In this document: piece after piece, positions 57,701 to 62,339 of the stretch
Layout of the letters: each line of letters starts with the position of its first letter
Numbering within the stretch: the stretch's first letter is position 1
Source of the DNA: a virus
Length of the DNA: 64,000 bases
IMG/VR virus record: IMGVR_UViG_3300027708_000023
Strand: one strand, 5' to 3'
Position numbers and translations under genes: made by a program
The notes under the pieces: generated by a model
What the model was told of the DNA's origin: nothing
Seen by the model: only the letters and a program-made list of their open reading frames with translations
Database searches by the model: none

Positions 57701-60295
57701 GGAACACCATCTCGTATCAATAGTGCAAATCTTGATCCAGACACTGGAGAGATTAGATGGCCTGTGGTCCTCAGAGATCGTCCTTATACTATCCTTAGAG
57801 ATAGTCTACAAAAATCATTTAAGAGACTAGCAGAGAGTGGAACAACAGACTCTTATGAAGACTATAATAATACCCTAACTGACTTTAAAGAATTACGATA
57901 TCAGTTAAAAGAAAATGTTGATAAATATCGAGGGAAAGATGCAGGGAATTATGGAAAGTCTGTATCTTACTTACAAAGCCTAGAAAGAGAATACAGAATA
58001 GCTGCAGGCGATGGACCAACAGGAGATCAAAGAGACTGGAGAAAAAAGAAAAACCCGATACCAGTCGCTGGTGCTCCGGCCGGTGCTCCAGCTGGCGCTC
58101 CAGCCGGTGCTCCAGCTGGCGCTCCAGCACCACTCTCTCAAGATCCCAGAGAAAAAGCAGCACAAGAACTAGCAGAAAAAAATAATAGAATAGCAGCATC
58201 TGGAATGGCTCCCAGACTAGATGAAAAAGACATTAAACTAGATTGGACAGAAAAGAAGGATGGTTCCAAACAGTTCGAGCGAACAGCTAAAATTAATTGG
58301 CCTGTAGTTCTTAGGGACGGTGTCTTCTCCAGCGATAGAACTGCTATAGAAAAAGCAATGACTCGCCATGTTGGGTATGATGATTCTATTCAAGCCTTTA
58401 ATGAATTTAAGAGCAGATTAAAATCCAGAGTAGGAGAATATGACGCTGGAGATTATGGTAGATCTAGAACGTTCTTAGATAGTTTGCAAAGAGAATATGA
58501 CATGATGATAAAGAGTGGCACTTGGGATCTAGGAGGAAAAAAGAAACCAGATTGGAGAAAACCAAAAGAAAAACCAGCAGATCCCGCACAGGCCGCCCCA
58601 GATCCTGCTCAGGTACCAGATCCTAATGCTCCACTAGCAAATCCTTTTAATCGTAGAGAGCAAGCAAATGCACAGAGAGTAGAAAAAAATAACAGAATGG
58701 CCCAAACGTTTGCTCTTCCAAGAATCACCACAGATACAAATATGCCTGTCTCAATAGATACTGACACAGGAAGTATCAGGTGGCCATTGGAGCTAGGAAG
58801 ACAAAAATATAGTCAGCACACAGGAAATATCCAAGATCTATTTAAGAAAATGGTAAAAATTAGAAAGGATGCAGAAGATACCGGAGATAGACCAGTTGTC
58901 GATCATAGTATTTATCAAACAGGATTATCCGAATTCAAAGATTTAAAAGATTTATTGAAAGAGAATGTTCATGTTGTTGATAGTTCTAATTATGGAGAAT
59001 CTAGATCTTTCTTAGATAGCCTAGAACAAGAATTTATTATAGCAGCTAAGAATGGAGGAAATGTTGGAGGTGATAAAAAACCAGATTGGAGAAGATCAAA
59101 AACAACACCAGATAAACCCCCAGCAGGAGAAACACAAGAACAAAAAGCAAGAAGAGAAAAGAAAGAGAAAAATGATAGAGTCTCAGAGATGGGACAGTCA
59201 CCAAGGACCAACGACACTGTGCTCAACCCAGGGACCGGAGAGATCCAATGGACAATGGCTCTAACAGATTCTGAATATGCTCGAAACAGAAGCGCTATAC
59301 AAAAAGCTTTTGAAGATATGGTAAATAGTGGGGGTGGCGAAGATGTAGATTATGACACCTATCAAAATGTCAGTGGGCAATTTCAAGAATTTAAGAATTC
59401 CTTTAGAGCAAATCAAAGCAAATACTCCTCAAGTGACTATGGCGAATCACGCACATTTTTAGATAGCTTAGAAAGAGAATATGATGTAGCGGCTAATAAT
59501 GGTAGTAATATCGGTGTAGATGGTAGTAGTTGGAGAGAACCAAAAAATCTTGCTACAGGAGGATTAGTTTACAGCAATAATCAGGCTCTGCAAAATAGCA
59601 GTAATCACTATGCTTCTGGAGGTATAGTATATGCTAATAATGGAGCATTAATTGATGCCCAAGCTTCTGGTACTGATACTGTTCCGGCCATGTTAACACC
59701 CGGAGAATTTGTGGTCAATCGCAACTCTGCTCAGAAGTTCATGCCAGTTCTGAATGCTATTAATGGAGGAGCATATTCTGCGGGTGGGATTGTTAATTAC
59801 TTGGCTAATGGTGGCTTTGTGCAGCCTCACTACCTGTCTCGCGGTAATGAGAATCCTATTGGGGCTATGAGCCAGATATCTAACAGTAGCGGTGTATTAA
59901 ATAATAGTGTTGGCCAAAATATGGTTATGGCTAAACCAGCTTGGGTTGATGAGTTTATTGGTCAGGCACAGGAGATTTCAAAAGCCATAGGCAACGCATT
60001 AACGGACGTAACATCAAAGCTAAATAGTGTAGGATCCACCATGACAGAAAGCGCACAAAAACTAGCCAATACTTCTAAGGCAATATCCGAGACCAAGTTC
60101 CCAGACGAGATCGTACTAACACATAGCGGTCATATTATCACAGATATGCTACCAGAACGAGTTAATGATATTGTAAAAAGAAGTATTGATACGTCGGTAG
60201 CTATTAGCAATGATAATATAAACAACTCAATAGCTGGCGTGAACAAAAATTTGATGAAAAGCACTGAAGGAGCAATAGGAAGACAAACCGCTTAA
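36713..60295 (+). CDS. Giant modular tape measure protein (7860 aa) with embedded enzymatic cargo domains
   Basis: N-terminal TP901/PhageMin_Tail-like helical region (aa ~120-500); position after tube and chaperones; eight DTVPAMLTPGEFV-type modules; ART, kinase, NTase, HAD, HExxH and PD-(D/E)xK motifs. Confidence 0.9.
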   Translation: MAAFNLTAQLNLKGPSNIGSIVSSIKNQLGNINTTVKFTLDPNAAKNVSQLDASLKSLNQTFKDTQVSATAAATAVSKFTSAMSQGNSVSQYSNQLNQANQAAKNLSSTQAATSQAIQESSSSMQEFGKQAGLAVRRFAAFSSVTSVIYGLVSAVGKGTSEFISFDKEFVKLQQVTGESAEGLKSLGRVITSLSAGLGTSSAELVDIASTLAQAGLSARDTEKALKALALSSLAPSFDSMNETVEGSIALMRQFDISASDLEKALGAVNSVAAKFAVEASDIITAIQRTGGVFATASKGVSEGTDALNEFIAVFTSVRATTRESAETIATGLRTIFTRIQRESTIDALKEYGVNLQNLDGKFVGAYKSVELLSQGLSRLDPRDVKFSKIIEELGGFRQIGKVIPLIQEFSTAQQALSVAQQGQGSLATDAAKAQLSLANQIAKTREEFLALFRDIGSSNTFQTMVTGALQLTSALIKVVGAAKGLLPMFTAIAAVQGAKAISRFAGGLYEGLSGGGKDSSKKGFATGGLVPGVGDSDSVPAMLTPGEFVVRKAAVKAMGVNKLHSMNKYGSGGKIETFTVEQLAKAGGPETIFEFAKKKKDIELDDKVTGKINKIEPNLGPKDFKEIISRSEAIANESAGGKSSYRDLELTQENKQNYLDVYFGKGSNKRKWNPQASLWKSAEKRWGSAFEDYIVAHSDDQLESVAGGNFPIDVRRKRGKAPAEVKFRSVEEEPETLISKLFRYKIKSSEQKLLSQFTEARKDKIDDIQVGNIDYYRAAESKHKFYEYLFDHPDAYQKFADGGWVKRMQQQPINKLKDELGLLDSTLELFGFQRKVPISTFSKSAPFMEDAGKKEVKERIDAIQKFLAAKEPQKGKEVEKEITLPKAPSNISDHLKSLIAENKTYEITRGVYGGVVKQALNEAYRGNLGPGNKQENIDKVGPKSIVRYNPDREYVDVPLSVLENDVKYIDKVKSLEGRDVENLTANKGYSVSDMLDTIRAYQAIGLDGALNPALGRKEDLSQSLADVAGLNKTKRKKLGPAVDQPLSYFAGSLDAAMQFSLPEKLYSGIGASKQKLFIESAGVKINKLEDTKKLVGKTVSIPSFLSTSEVPATAESFARTGMMTIETNKKSKGLSPERAKTETINRDKSKTRKIDQRLISDSYGKGKADENYADDYDIESEYILPRNSQFKVKNIEANDNSTEGGNLLESLNMDWAVKMLSRGGKAQKFADGGVAQRKVGYIDYDVIANPDNEAVVKKGMEATGMTGPRLYTDHLTQLAIQARKESSLDKLRAIYGVAGSGKTTLARGQGTDSGTLRQTERFPILSPEDIQRATEVLVLSSSVSKDKLDNVFGETDRTYTLSSTTKEEREGVRSRRVGRDISGIGLENRKPGSTTNVATDTAVSEALLSDRLGNRSTVLGRSESGRLRRKQGDELVDVVKKKIGFTWGGYSPMTAGHESILDAAAAMGIPPEDFIYMVGSNEGIVPGKEQSYRTAIFDQDTRVLLAKAGAGARGATVLPKPRDFEVPQAFDLSEPGERRKVLVPAKGSTTFVADKDPKETEKYKTAGYKVKNIERTGGISGTMVRDLIKEGNLGELQKVLSPGVYDLISRNIGRIQNRSKILPSIIEEVKQTQGVKLADIEQQIKTVGISRIDNKKAETDPEYAAKVEALKELREKRDNIKSSASFEPHKLLAALAVKQPEKYGLDLSTTLDDVSAPMRTMSFGAVQRFLDGGWVQRMQSQKKSTLKEDLKFLQSAMVFSDETGSYVPTYAKENEKEVVDAKEMLERYNAMSQFITGPRSAKSALKPTGGYNSQELLDAVTYYQAGSGPLTRAMVNNDFIFTDRNEAYDTEDLVGRLSAASQYKLPKKLYSGLGRGQFNEILKDTNISPDDLIGQTSKSIESMIGKTVDFPTFLSASVNPNMAEGFVGDPGSLFSIDSSKSKSLGIDILKAKGTSPTDASPTSRRLPGLDKIKQHKIAGYDQEKEFVLQPNSQFKILKASGNISEDLKEKLSGIKKKKEQKSFAAKSDTGEEFTVYEPDFEAGISEILNEKSRINIQAQMLSLGGKAQRFSEGGRTLSPLLQSIYDSMKDKPEWLKEFGLPDSVTTDVPAKTIAQLYSGKNFPTDPSLGMFAGKPISIDNVNAVWRKSFASSMTPEKTANYTAAKNYLAQELKDDTTEQTKLTIRDVNKSTKLGIVGLQPTDKKEIQGPMKLGDKNVTLFIAGLSSEYDTAVKNMRRGVEGVVNQFGSDIQDTKIFGSSEKYAFDFDETLVTGADIVDANGNPDIPKYSDFEAVRESMKNAELTQLGKKLKKLIAQDPSFLKKSRILTARPQETAGILAETLQRLELPFQVSDITGVSKPIGESKLDIADETTKRINNTTIAKAKAQDVKQLEALIDDNLQNVTETRKAGKKAFHYTELKDLTQEEKSASGFPNIEGAITQSVMTVMGATGGLIQNGAVDYENGLGPAAQYFPGIGSDWPTEVKRTLDSNAISDAKKEFTRYYKENGNKGILAQAFADGGLAETPQKEKEYGKISITMATGGKVNKHLEQYRQVLSSILPPEMLTEDGMLKMPSGEGKSIHITPPVQKTLFQKLGLASYDSGKAYYSGGLDYKSLRHLLNKRRSELPPIEAEGLDKFISQNLAFIGNEDEISLRGAKHKGVLAHETFHDIQGFLYDNHPKIMDKLISSVGSEKDNIERWYKDPTNKKFTEKGNYQFKQLFPDSSSNSPYGTDLGDSARSAVTKAKRFKGDKTISSDHLLSLLIDNQKQLGANETVPVLLGAASEGNKQAAEILSKVFENAGLKPDFMDTLPKFAAGGMVPGVGNGDTVPAMLNVGDFVIRKSSVNSIGPDKLASMAGYAAGGSVSDKVPALLTPGEFVFSKTAAQKIGYPKLHSMNKVGKFASGGAVGLRVGYADGGAIQDLGKFLSVVSSMLNSIPTRAMSIRPNTIDSSTTKINDSSTIDALSLLGKALENVGVKTSETAALVKRGGDISYKATIDAMEADLERAKIAGLSSKQIIALEDVIKLTREKSTQAVANKQFLEKSFSNSDTGKKLGSGAAQQAILTKASELEPKIRENTEYSNRLSLMGSGLSSQQIAATAKSMTDTPESREKIKSKSIIAATEEVTGVDRKEFTKQHLEASDIQQYIAQSMLDRKTLTQMDRQVLADKMDELQRTKAFKQASFEEQKKMLDQIRAQAKQETSQRREVLDPIAKEKGLPGLKEGSIPQSLSGIFSSKAGLAGLGLLATAPGLIEAFGPSAKTSSSASFMGGLRGAGETASAGLTLAGQLPGAAGPILAATAIATLASAAIKARNAFIEFEKNLANRQLEVSLSNLQQLFAELAKDTKDIRIQNQISSEIQKGAGNVSRLEQIDSSFPKAFFANGLDALFASRDSRDKGTANGTQASSDRSKILEKFGTAAYYRSTGFGQANFGLNAIGADARADKNRKMYLEMMAPEEAQERAKRSSALSESSQAFILNKAKSGKTATEISKEPDYEVLARNIALANNAVQEQILAIERSNLVNKEAAKTSIIRQYAEEQLIKITRQAQQERAMELSERAGRQFSMSFDRMFANMNQSIMSTNNSLDIFSDRLDSSINAFGGQASIGKTNLDTINTLKTPNISSSASFASAASTGSSLFGTENKLVESILVLGRDLESSLMSTINKTIQTNPRASDTKISSDIENSINNLLGKSNLPPDLTAQLSKSIGIGITEIRRKEGEGTKDRKIDFAELLRAIPGLKDTVDALKTTNNSVIASLENYQTVLDKFTQKLEMSSEKLREAAERRFKADDIVIDSSIQLAKTFGSDINPALGNVLRNQRTSRMTGGVTDPNDLLVQINQLQSRSTNQRDNLNELKNRSIGQPGAINAIIDNEKALSRTNYQLNQTYTALKNLADSGDAASNALSAIQAAQQKQAGKVSLIEKLVGSAPDELDTFNRALVRLQRTAGGERLYQTADQRKEILSVLNDITPLMGSNQEAHNFKANTLENLLQTSGIGLNPQFQSIINSIRNPEADPAVKQATEEYKNAVQVQSEANRAIAELNTNISTKLVEDMSKALKDSITNTRVKFDEGQIKDIVAGIRSATTVVAPGAPVARASGGIIYSAAGSYVDFQPQGTDTVPAMLTPGEFVMSKPAVDRIGSGTLSRMNKGYSNGGQVSYYADGGYVSSLLQNKYVDRSTGEPLIRKTGTFSIDNGTQNYPNLSEEFTTGSLNTFKNLQILPSFGAGTASGQIDSSGKKNETHTIGYSDQPNLGYGVPPSATYLAWFFSQKEEKNRGAYKYTEPAGAGTPSIVPLGVFLSPGTTTKSILDEKPLIFDGPELEAKKKFEQYIEKLTEVNRLLPTKIEQKNDAYDISVGAANFNIPSPDSINNAIKEFPSVSTTGKPGEFSIKGMSKPVSGYVGLYSDRSSGLPTVDGLLGNLGAGHSEENLPDIVLQRLGKDIMGISPQTRGTSNTNGFTGAGKKSEYDYSVTPPKIVDYGLSKSFMDGWISGLGKKPQTIKLPGSDMSSLVSLRQKITGEKYINDLKNKKLTAKEAEYEAVIAKKLKRISDKTESSVDINNDYFDLKKLGSDSDSVNVFSISTGEWPPYVKMLQQSINNSKNKETLEKLSYYGKDPTKLPFDVWPEGDFTKLQQFGWMDSGLEFDKATAAQVTRKVEDRAKQANPDIIENSITGKIKLNDPQLELPYRLNYSQNNKPTWWDTKTNSKSGKPIVDGFDSLYLLNAGGETAGAKGSTDNILQLLNTGDKRLFATSNGLEKYIPDQLSEQINNDPKLLAYLKSAMANGYDSKETQTLERSNLDGLFKLKLNKNLLGLLTKADAPGGFGDQFKETGDIFSGDIQFFLRDYIVETAKKLSSDKKATQLTDSKKKFGNSRDTSKLVGFDEGQEFAGASLALVLGAEELFGSGGEFELPGILPQNWFKPMLPTQFNSIYDMPQGLIREGMGRLGSWLSDASGRVEKYITPEMAQRDPRQYDKIIRAQTYMRGALSAFSSFEKEATGEVKRFFDPDLFKGPPTPNGNPAAIKQAIDMFQSLETNNKSSSFSINDKSAGSNPYFAAMDKAALTPDKRNRVSEDLKGSKIDKSSNNKDTIDLQEFNPLDLDNASYRNIFTYALNPYNQYTNRDIRAKFFDEFITRIPTATRSNGAPLFSVTEGARYGGALKSLKSWFGGKGNDDAMIPVKANKDWEGIDYLYDQTANKTVSFGDRLTSLDNSLAPNFYDANKYAFDFVGGTGMFGELPDLSNYEKRKVEYKNQGGLIYASQGQLINFEPKGTDTIPAMLSPGEFVVNSGATARNLPLLNSINKNKGGKIGYYKDGGVVDNESLSLLMTQMKITEKLSSSQKSISDSSSSDLASPLLRISNDNEIISIGILQSILKTLEDIKDSTLTCCTGKDIGKPLDIATTLPSQVRPVAPLDIKPPVTAEEGITEGFSPPIPPIPLPDLPIPNKPDFEPIPFPEVEPIVPEMPTMPEMPLPDVREPISTPEDIRPKTMPQMPVMPQPEVVLPKKPAYTEPFPVENFSPSLLPGFPKNPTAPTYENGPTGIDSPFFDPNSLPDRKKPLTISKVAKEADITRQEAITGREKTDLDTSKSEDIIKESEARRAYNRETQTAQSARAGNVLSSGISRANGAITAIKGAQEIKEAGTSYDAFRGGLSVVDGIGDLAGASAPPLAAAGDAAGLTRNSLDFYNNPETRLQSGLGIANDATSLTLRAAQTTSLMAPAGSLASQIAAPLGAVGGVAELGRGAVAGAYDTSNEAKLRTAVENIIIGAATGDATTGGSSLAGAANAFGANIQQGGMVDTQLAAGESSLRLAGIGATLGTFVAPGPGTAIGGAGGAVVGAGAELYKSGSAYARESAQAQQLQVRTDQMVKSSKTQEYVTGSDGTVTKQSKNPDSFNFGLDAQESSLVRSIATLTAQISSLRQLEEKGQMQVEEKPIRDAIAEKEQTLYAQRSGLKELATQKTNDENTTFFRLGPDSPIVKEKLDKYQSLVGRAIEELGSSLSDNIKPESLPPLEVEPQTSLIAAKHKAIGGVVYASMGALFSPKGTDTIPAMLSPGEFVVNSQATQNNLPLLQAMNSGNSTIYRSTGSKNPEGGIKFGPNKPILQAIDELEQSGHLEEATLNNISKYFGGGEAPKSKIVDYSGVLKNREYRRTQKEAREVGSTSLFNPQGSNSFVFSLSERKKYPNAGQYVRELGYPRHKKWEDILNNAPGTNITEKLSTLVDSDLNYVASSYFSRESGTYTEFLDYVIAAAKQLSMVKQKKAEKKKHEDYVRVVEEANTGKLRNYEAGNVRGMDLHYNMLGIGSKNSEKQIEHLDTEIKTLLLSDINPIDFNTRGKAERNDAESFFKYRADALQSTAPTYSNIYKEAASTEADIDDWYTARILPQQSRDWTYTEGRKWVDYLGIPENRDEALVGAIGLMTKILPGVLGVAGAGLGFVLGGGPTPIGFGTAAVGGLGGTLAGEGLNWAIAQGISAILPEDMMESIKEKIKKHPENYEAGRWVGFGGELLGGTLYAEPIERLVHRGVGQFMAKRGMAGAEHHLTHSVDMHAVQENMTKQLGKKAYEASTKEGPYAAVVRSEKIAPPTTNGSLALESPLVPGAKGTTRYRPVTSGGSSIPEQLALFKENLKTAIKKYVDNRGKVEIFENGQQTFQSVTAQKMLDDFGMVFSKAPLSVFDDNSAKFLQEALTSKPELYASLKEAINNSPISGFSSQLDNALSNKPNTQWSEALTKIREALEEKIKLKGILPPEEAARSAETSFQEILTQAGISSPRSAGASVSNFELPNLPGQTLGLVRQEYLKDAVVKKTSELGSLRMTLARAIHTIGEKWKEEGLISFMEKQMHHYLVPHKHDHDHGDEHGEAHGAEHGGGHGAEHGGGHGAEHGDTHGDEHKAAGHYNGGLIYASTGKYINFQPKGTDTVPAMLTPGEFVINARSTAQHLPLLKAINSGADVSSPDTMNKGGVVYLVGGGRAPSGATPAGKQAIPVPLTRQQRVNRVNDIGTPSRINSANLDPDTGEIRWPVVLRDRPYTILRDSLQKSFKRLAESGTTDSYEDYNNTLTDFKELRYQLKENVDKYRGKDAGNYGKSVSYLQSLEREYRIAAGDGPTGDQRDWRKKKNPIPVAGAPAGAPAGAPAGAPAGAPAPLSQDPREKAAQELAEKNNRIAASGMAPRLDEKDIKLDWTEKKDGSKQFERTAKINWPVVLRDGVFSSDRTAIEKAMTRHVGYDDSIQAFNEFKSRLKSRVGEYDAGDYGRSRTFLDSLQREYDMMIKSGTWDLGGKKKPDWRKPKEKPADPAQAAPDPAQVPDPNAPLANPFNRREQANAQRVEKNNRMAQTFALPRITTDTNMPVSIDTDTGSIRWPLELGRQKYSQHTGNIQDLFKKMVKIRKDAEDTGDRPVVDHSIYQTGLSEFKDLKDLLKENVHVVDSSNYGESRSFLDSLEQEFIIAAKNGGNVGGDKKPDWRRSKTTPDKPPAGETQEQKARREKKEKNDRVSEMGQSPRTNDTVLNPGTGEIQWTMALTDSEYARNRSAIQKAFEDMVNSGGGEDVDYDTYQNVSGQFQEFKNSFRANQSKYSSSDYGESRTFLDSLEREYDVAANNGSNIGVDGSSWREPKNLATGGLVYSNNQALQNSSNHYASGGIVYANNGALIDAQASGTDTVPAMLTPGEFVVNRNSAQKFMPVLNAINGGAYSAGGIVNYLANGGFVQPHYLSRGNENPIGAMSQISNSSGVLNNSVGQNMVMAKPAWVDEFIGQAQEISKAIGNALTDVTSKLNSVGSTMTESAQKLANTSKAISETKFPDEIVLTHSGHIITDMLPERVNDIVKRSIDTSVAISNDNINNSIAGVNKNLMKSTEGAIGRQTA
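57245..57388 (+). repeat. His-rich tract with a 24-bp repeat (HGAEHGGG)
   Basis: HKHDHDHGDEHGEAHGAEHGGGHGAEHGGGHGAEHGDTHGDEH. Confidence 0.9.
57670..59540 (+). repeat. Four tandem copies of a ~120-aa domain inside the TMP
   Basis: Repeated R..R....TG(E/S)I.W..L...YG.S..(F/Y)L.SLE.E...WR, separated by Pro/Ala linkers such as (APAG)n. Confidence 0.85.
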
Positions 60296-60320
60296 TAAAC
60301 CTTAATCATAGAGAATAATT

Positions 60321-61817
60321 ATGTTAAACTATCCAATTAGTATTTTAGACGGAGTATGTTATTCGTTTTCAATTAATAGCGAAAACAAGATGGTTCTATT
60401 GCAGTCTTATGGAGGATTAAAAGAACTAAGCCCTAAAGATAGTAATAAAATTATTCCATACCTAGCAAAAGATACTGAAAAATCAAATGGAGTTTGGGAG
60501 ATAGGGCTTGGTCAATTAGAGTATGTAGATAATGTATTTTCTGTTAGCAGAGTGAAAGTACTATCATCATCTAACAATAATGAATCAGTTTCTTTTGATG
60601 GCGTTGTTAGCTCTAAACTATATGTACTAGCTAATGAATTTAATTTTAATACTGGTTTTCAAAATGTTCTTATTAAGAATGAAAACTTTACAGTAGACAA
60701 TGTTCAATCCATATATCTGTTAAATAACAATAATCAAGATATTACCATAGATCTAATTGATTCTTCAGACAATGTTAATCTTCTTCTAGAATTTAAACTT
60801 TTACACACCAATTCTTCTCACAAGGCTTACATTAAGAAAAATAATAGCATTTGGCTAGAATTAGATTCCAATAAAATCAATTGCAGATTAGTGTCTGGTG
60901 GATTTGATTGGGTAGAATTATCAGAACAAATAGTTAGCGAAGTCCCCACACTTCAACAAGAAGTTAATTTGCCCCAAACATATCTACAGGCTATTGCAGG
61001 CTCAGGATTGCCTGGGGGATCCCCTTATTCTTTACAGTTTAATTCTTCTGGATCTTTTGATGGACTCCCAGTTTATTATGTAGATAATAATCTTCTATAT
61101 GGTGGTAGTGGTATAAATCAAGCTAATACTATAATTCCATTATCAACTAGTGGCAATATAGTATTGAATAACAAAAACTATCAGTCTGATTTTATAGTTA
61201 AGGGTAGTGGTGATAAAAATCTTTATTTTGGTTATGATGGTAAATTGGGTATAAATATGCCTCCCAATGCCAGACCTTTAACAGCTCTACATATTGTTAA
61301 TAATAGTTGCATAGAAGGTATCAGATTAGAGAATAGAAATCAGTGCCACCCAGCAAACCTCACTCTGTACCATAAGCCCAGCACGGTTCCAGCAACAGGA
61401 ACAATAGCAGCTTCTATTAATTTTAGCGGTAAGAATTCTGTATCTCAGCAAGTTAATTATGTTCAATTAAGATCTAAAATTTTGAATCCTATAGCAGGAT
61501 CAACTTCTGGAGAATTTGTTGTCTCTGTTGATAATTCGGGAAGTTTAGTAGATATGCTGAGCATAACAAATAATCGCTTCAGAGTAGCTGTAGGCTCCAA
61601 CACCTTTGATCTCAGTCCGTCTGGTTTAGATATTACAGGTAAGGTTAGTCTTAGGAATTTTGATATTGATGGTGGAGTAATAGTATTTAGGGGCTTATCC
61701 TCCGATAATAGCCCTAGTACAAGTCCAACGCCCACACCAACTATGACAGCTACCCCTGTAACAATGACTCCAACACCTACCACAACTCCAACCCCGACAC
61801 CCACTAGAAGAGTATAA
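60321..61817 (+). CDS. Tail fibre-like protein with C-terminal Thr/Pro tail
   Basis: WEIGLG..SRVKVLSSSN, PGG..SLQFNSSGSF, KLGIN..P..ALHI. Confidence 0.7.
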   Translation: MLNYPISILDGVCYSFSINSENKMVLLQSYGGLKELSPKDSNKIIPYLAKDTEKSNGVWEIGLGQLEYVDNVFSVSRVKVLSSSNNNESVSFDGVVSSKLYVLANEFNFNTGFQNVLIKNENFTVDNVQSIYLLNNNNQDITIDLIDSSDNVNLLLEFKLLHTNSSHKAYIKKNNSIWLELDSNKINCRLVSGGFDWVELSEQIVSEVPTLQQEVNLPQTYLQAIAGSGLPGGSPYSLQFNSSGSFDGLPVYYVDNNLLYGGSGINQANTIIPLSTSGNIVLNNKNYQSDFIVKGSGDKNLYFGYDGKLGINMPPNARPLTALHIVNNSCIEGIRLENRNQCHPANLTLYHKPSTVPATGTIAASINFSGKNSVSQQVNYVQLRSKILNPIAGSTSGEFVVSVDNSGSLVDMLSITNNRFRVAVGSNTFDLSPSGLDITGKVSLRNFDIDGGVIVFRGLSSDNSPSTSPTPTPTMTATPVTMTPTPTTTPTPTPTRRV

Positions 61818-61829
61818 GGACATATTAAA

Positions 61830-62330
61830 ATGAGCTATTTTTTAACAAGAGATATTTCTACCACAAATGCCCCACTTGACACTCAAGTTGGCGTTGGAGA
61901 ATTAGTTATTAATGCTAATACAGGAATCATGTATAGCAAAAGAACAGATGGAAAAATTATTCGTTTTTTATCAATACCTATTGATGATACGTCTCCAGGT
62001 AATGATCTGCTAAAGTTTGTTCCGGTCATAAGATTTTCTGATGTTGCTGGATTCTGTTGTAATGGAGATACTGTTACTGTTACAGTTGATAATCTATTAG
62101 TTGGTAATGCTTATACTTATTATGTAGTTGATGTTGTTGCAAATACCACAACCTATATTAGCAGTACAGCAGGCAATTTATCCCCAACCACTTCTTCTAG
62201 AAGAGAGGTCTCTTTGAATATTGGAGTGACTACCATACAAAATAATGCCCTAATTAAATTTGGTGTTCTTAAAAATGGTGTTATATTAGCAGAAAACATT
62301 GTAGCTATTTGTTGTTCCAATTGCTCATAG
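61830..62330 (+). CDS. Small virion/fibre-associated protein
   Basis: VGELVINANTG fibre N-terminal motif; Cys-rich end. Confidence 0.6.
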   Translation: MSYFLTRDISTTNAPLDTQVGVGELVINANTGIMYSKRTDGKIIRFLSIPIDDTSPGNDLLKFVPVIRFSDVAGFCCNGDTVTVTVDNLLVGNAYTYYVVDVVANTTTYISSTAGNLSPTTSSRREVSLNIGVTTIQNNALIKFGVLKNGVILAENIVAICCSNCS

Positions 62331-62339
62331 GACTAAATT

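Noticed and set aside
37156-59264. Many short minus-strand and alternate-frame ORFs within the TMP and other long genes
   Set aside because: Antisense shadows of biased coding sequence, with no RBS and low-complexity translations.
36713-60295. Inteins explaining the TMP insertions
   Set aside because: No Cys/Ser-start Hint block or His-Asn splice junction and no LAGLIDADG motifs at cassette borders; the junctions are AxGG-type.
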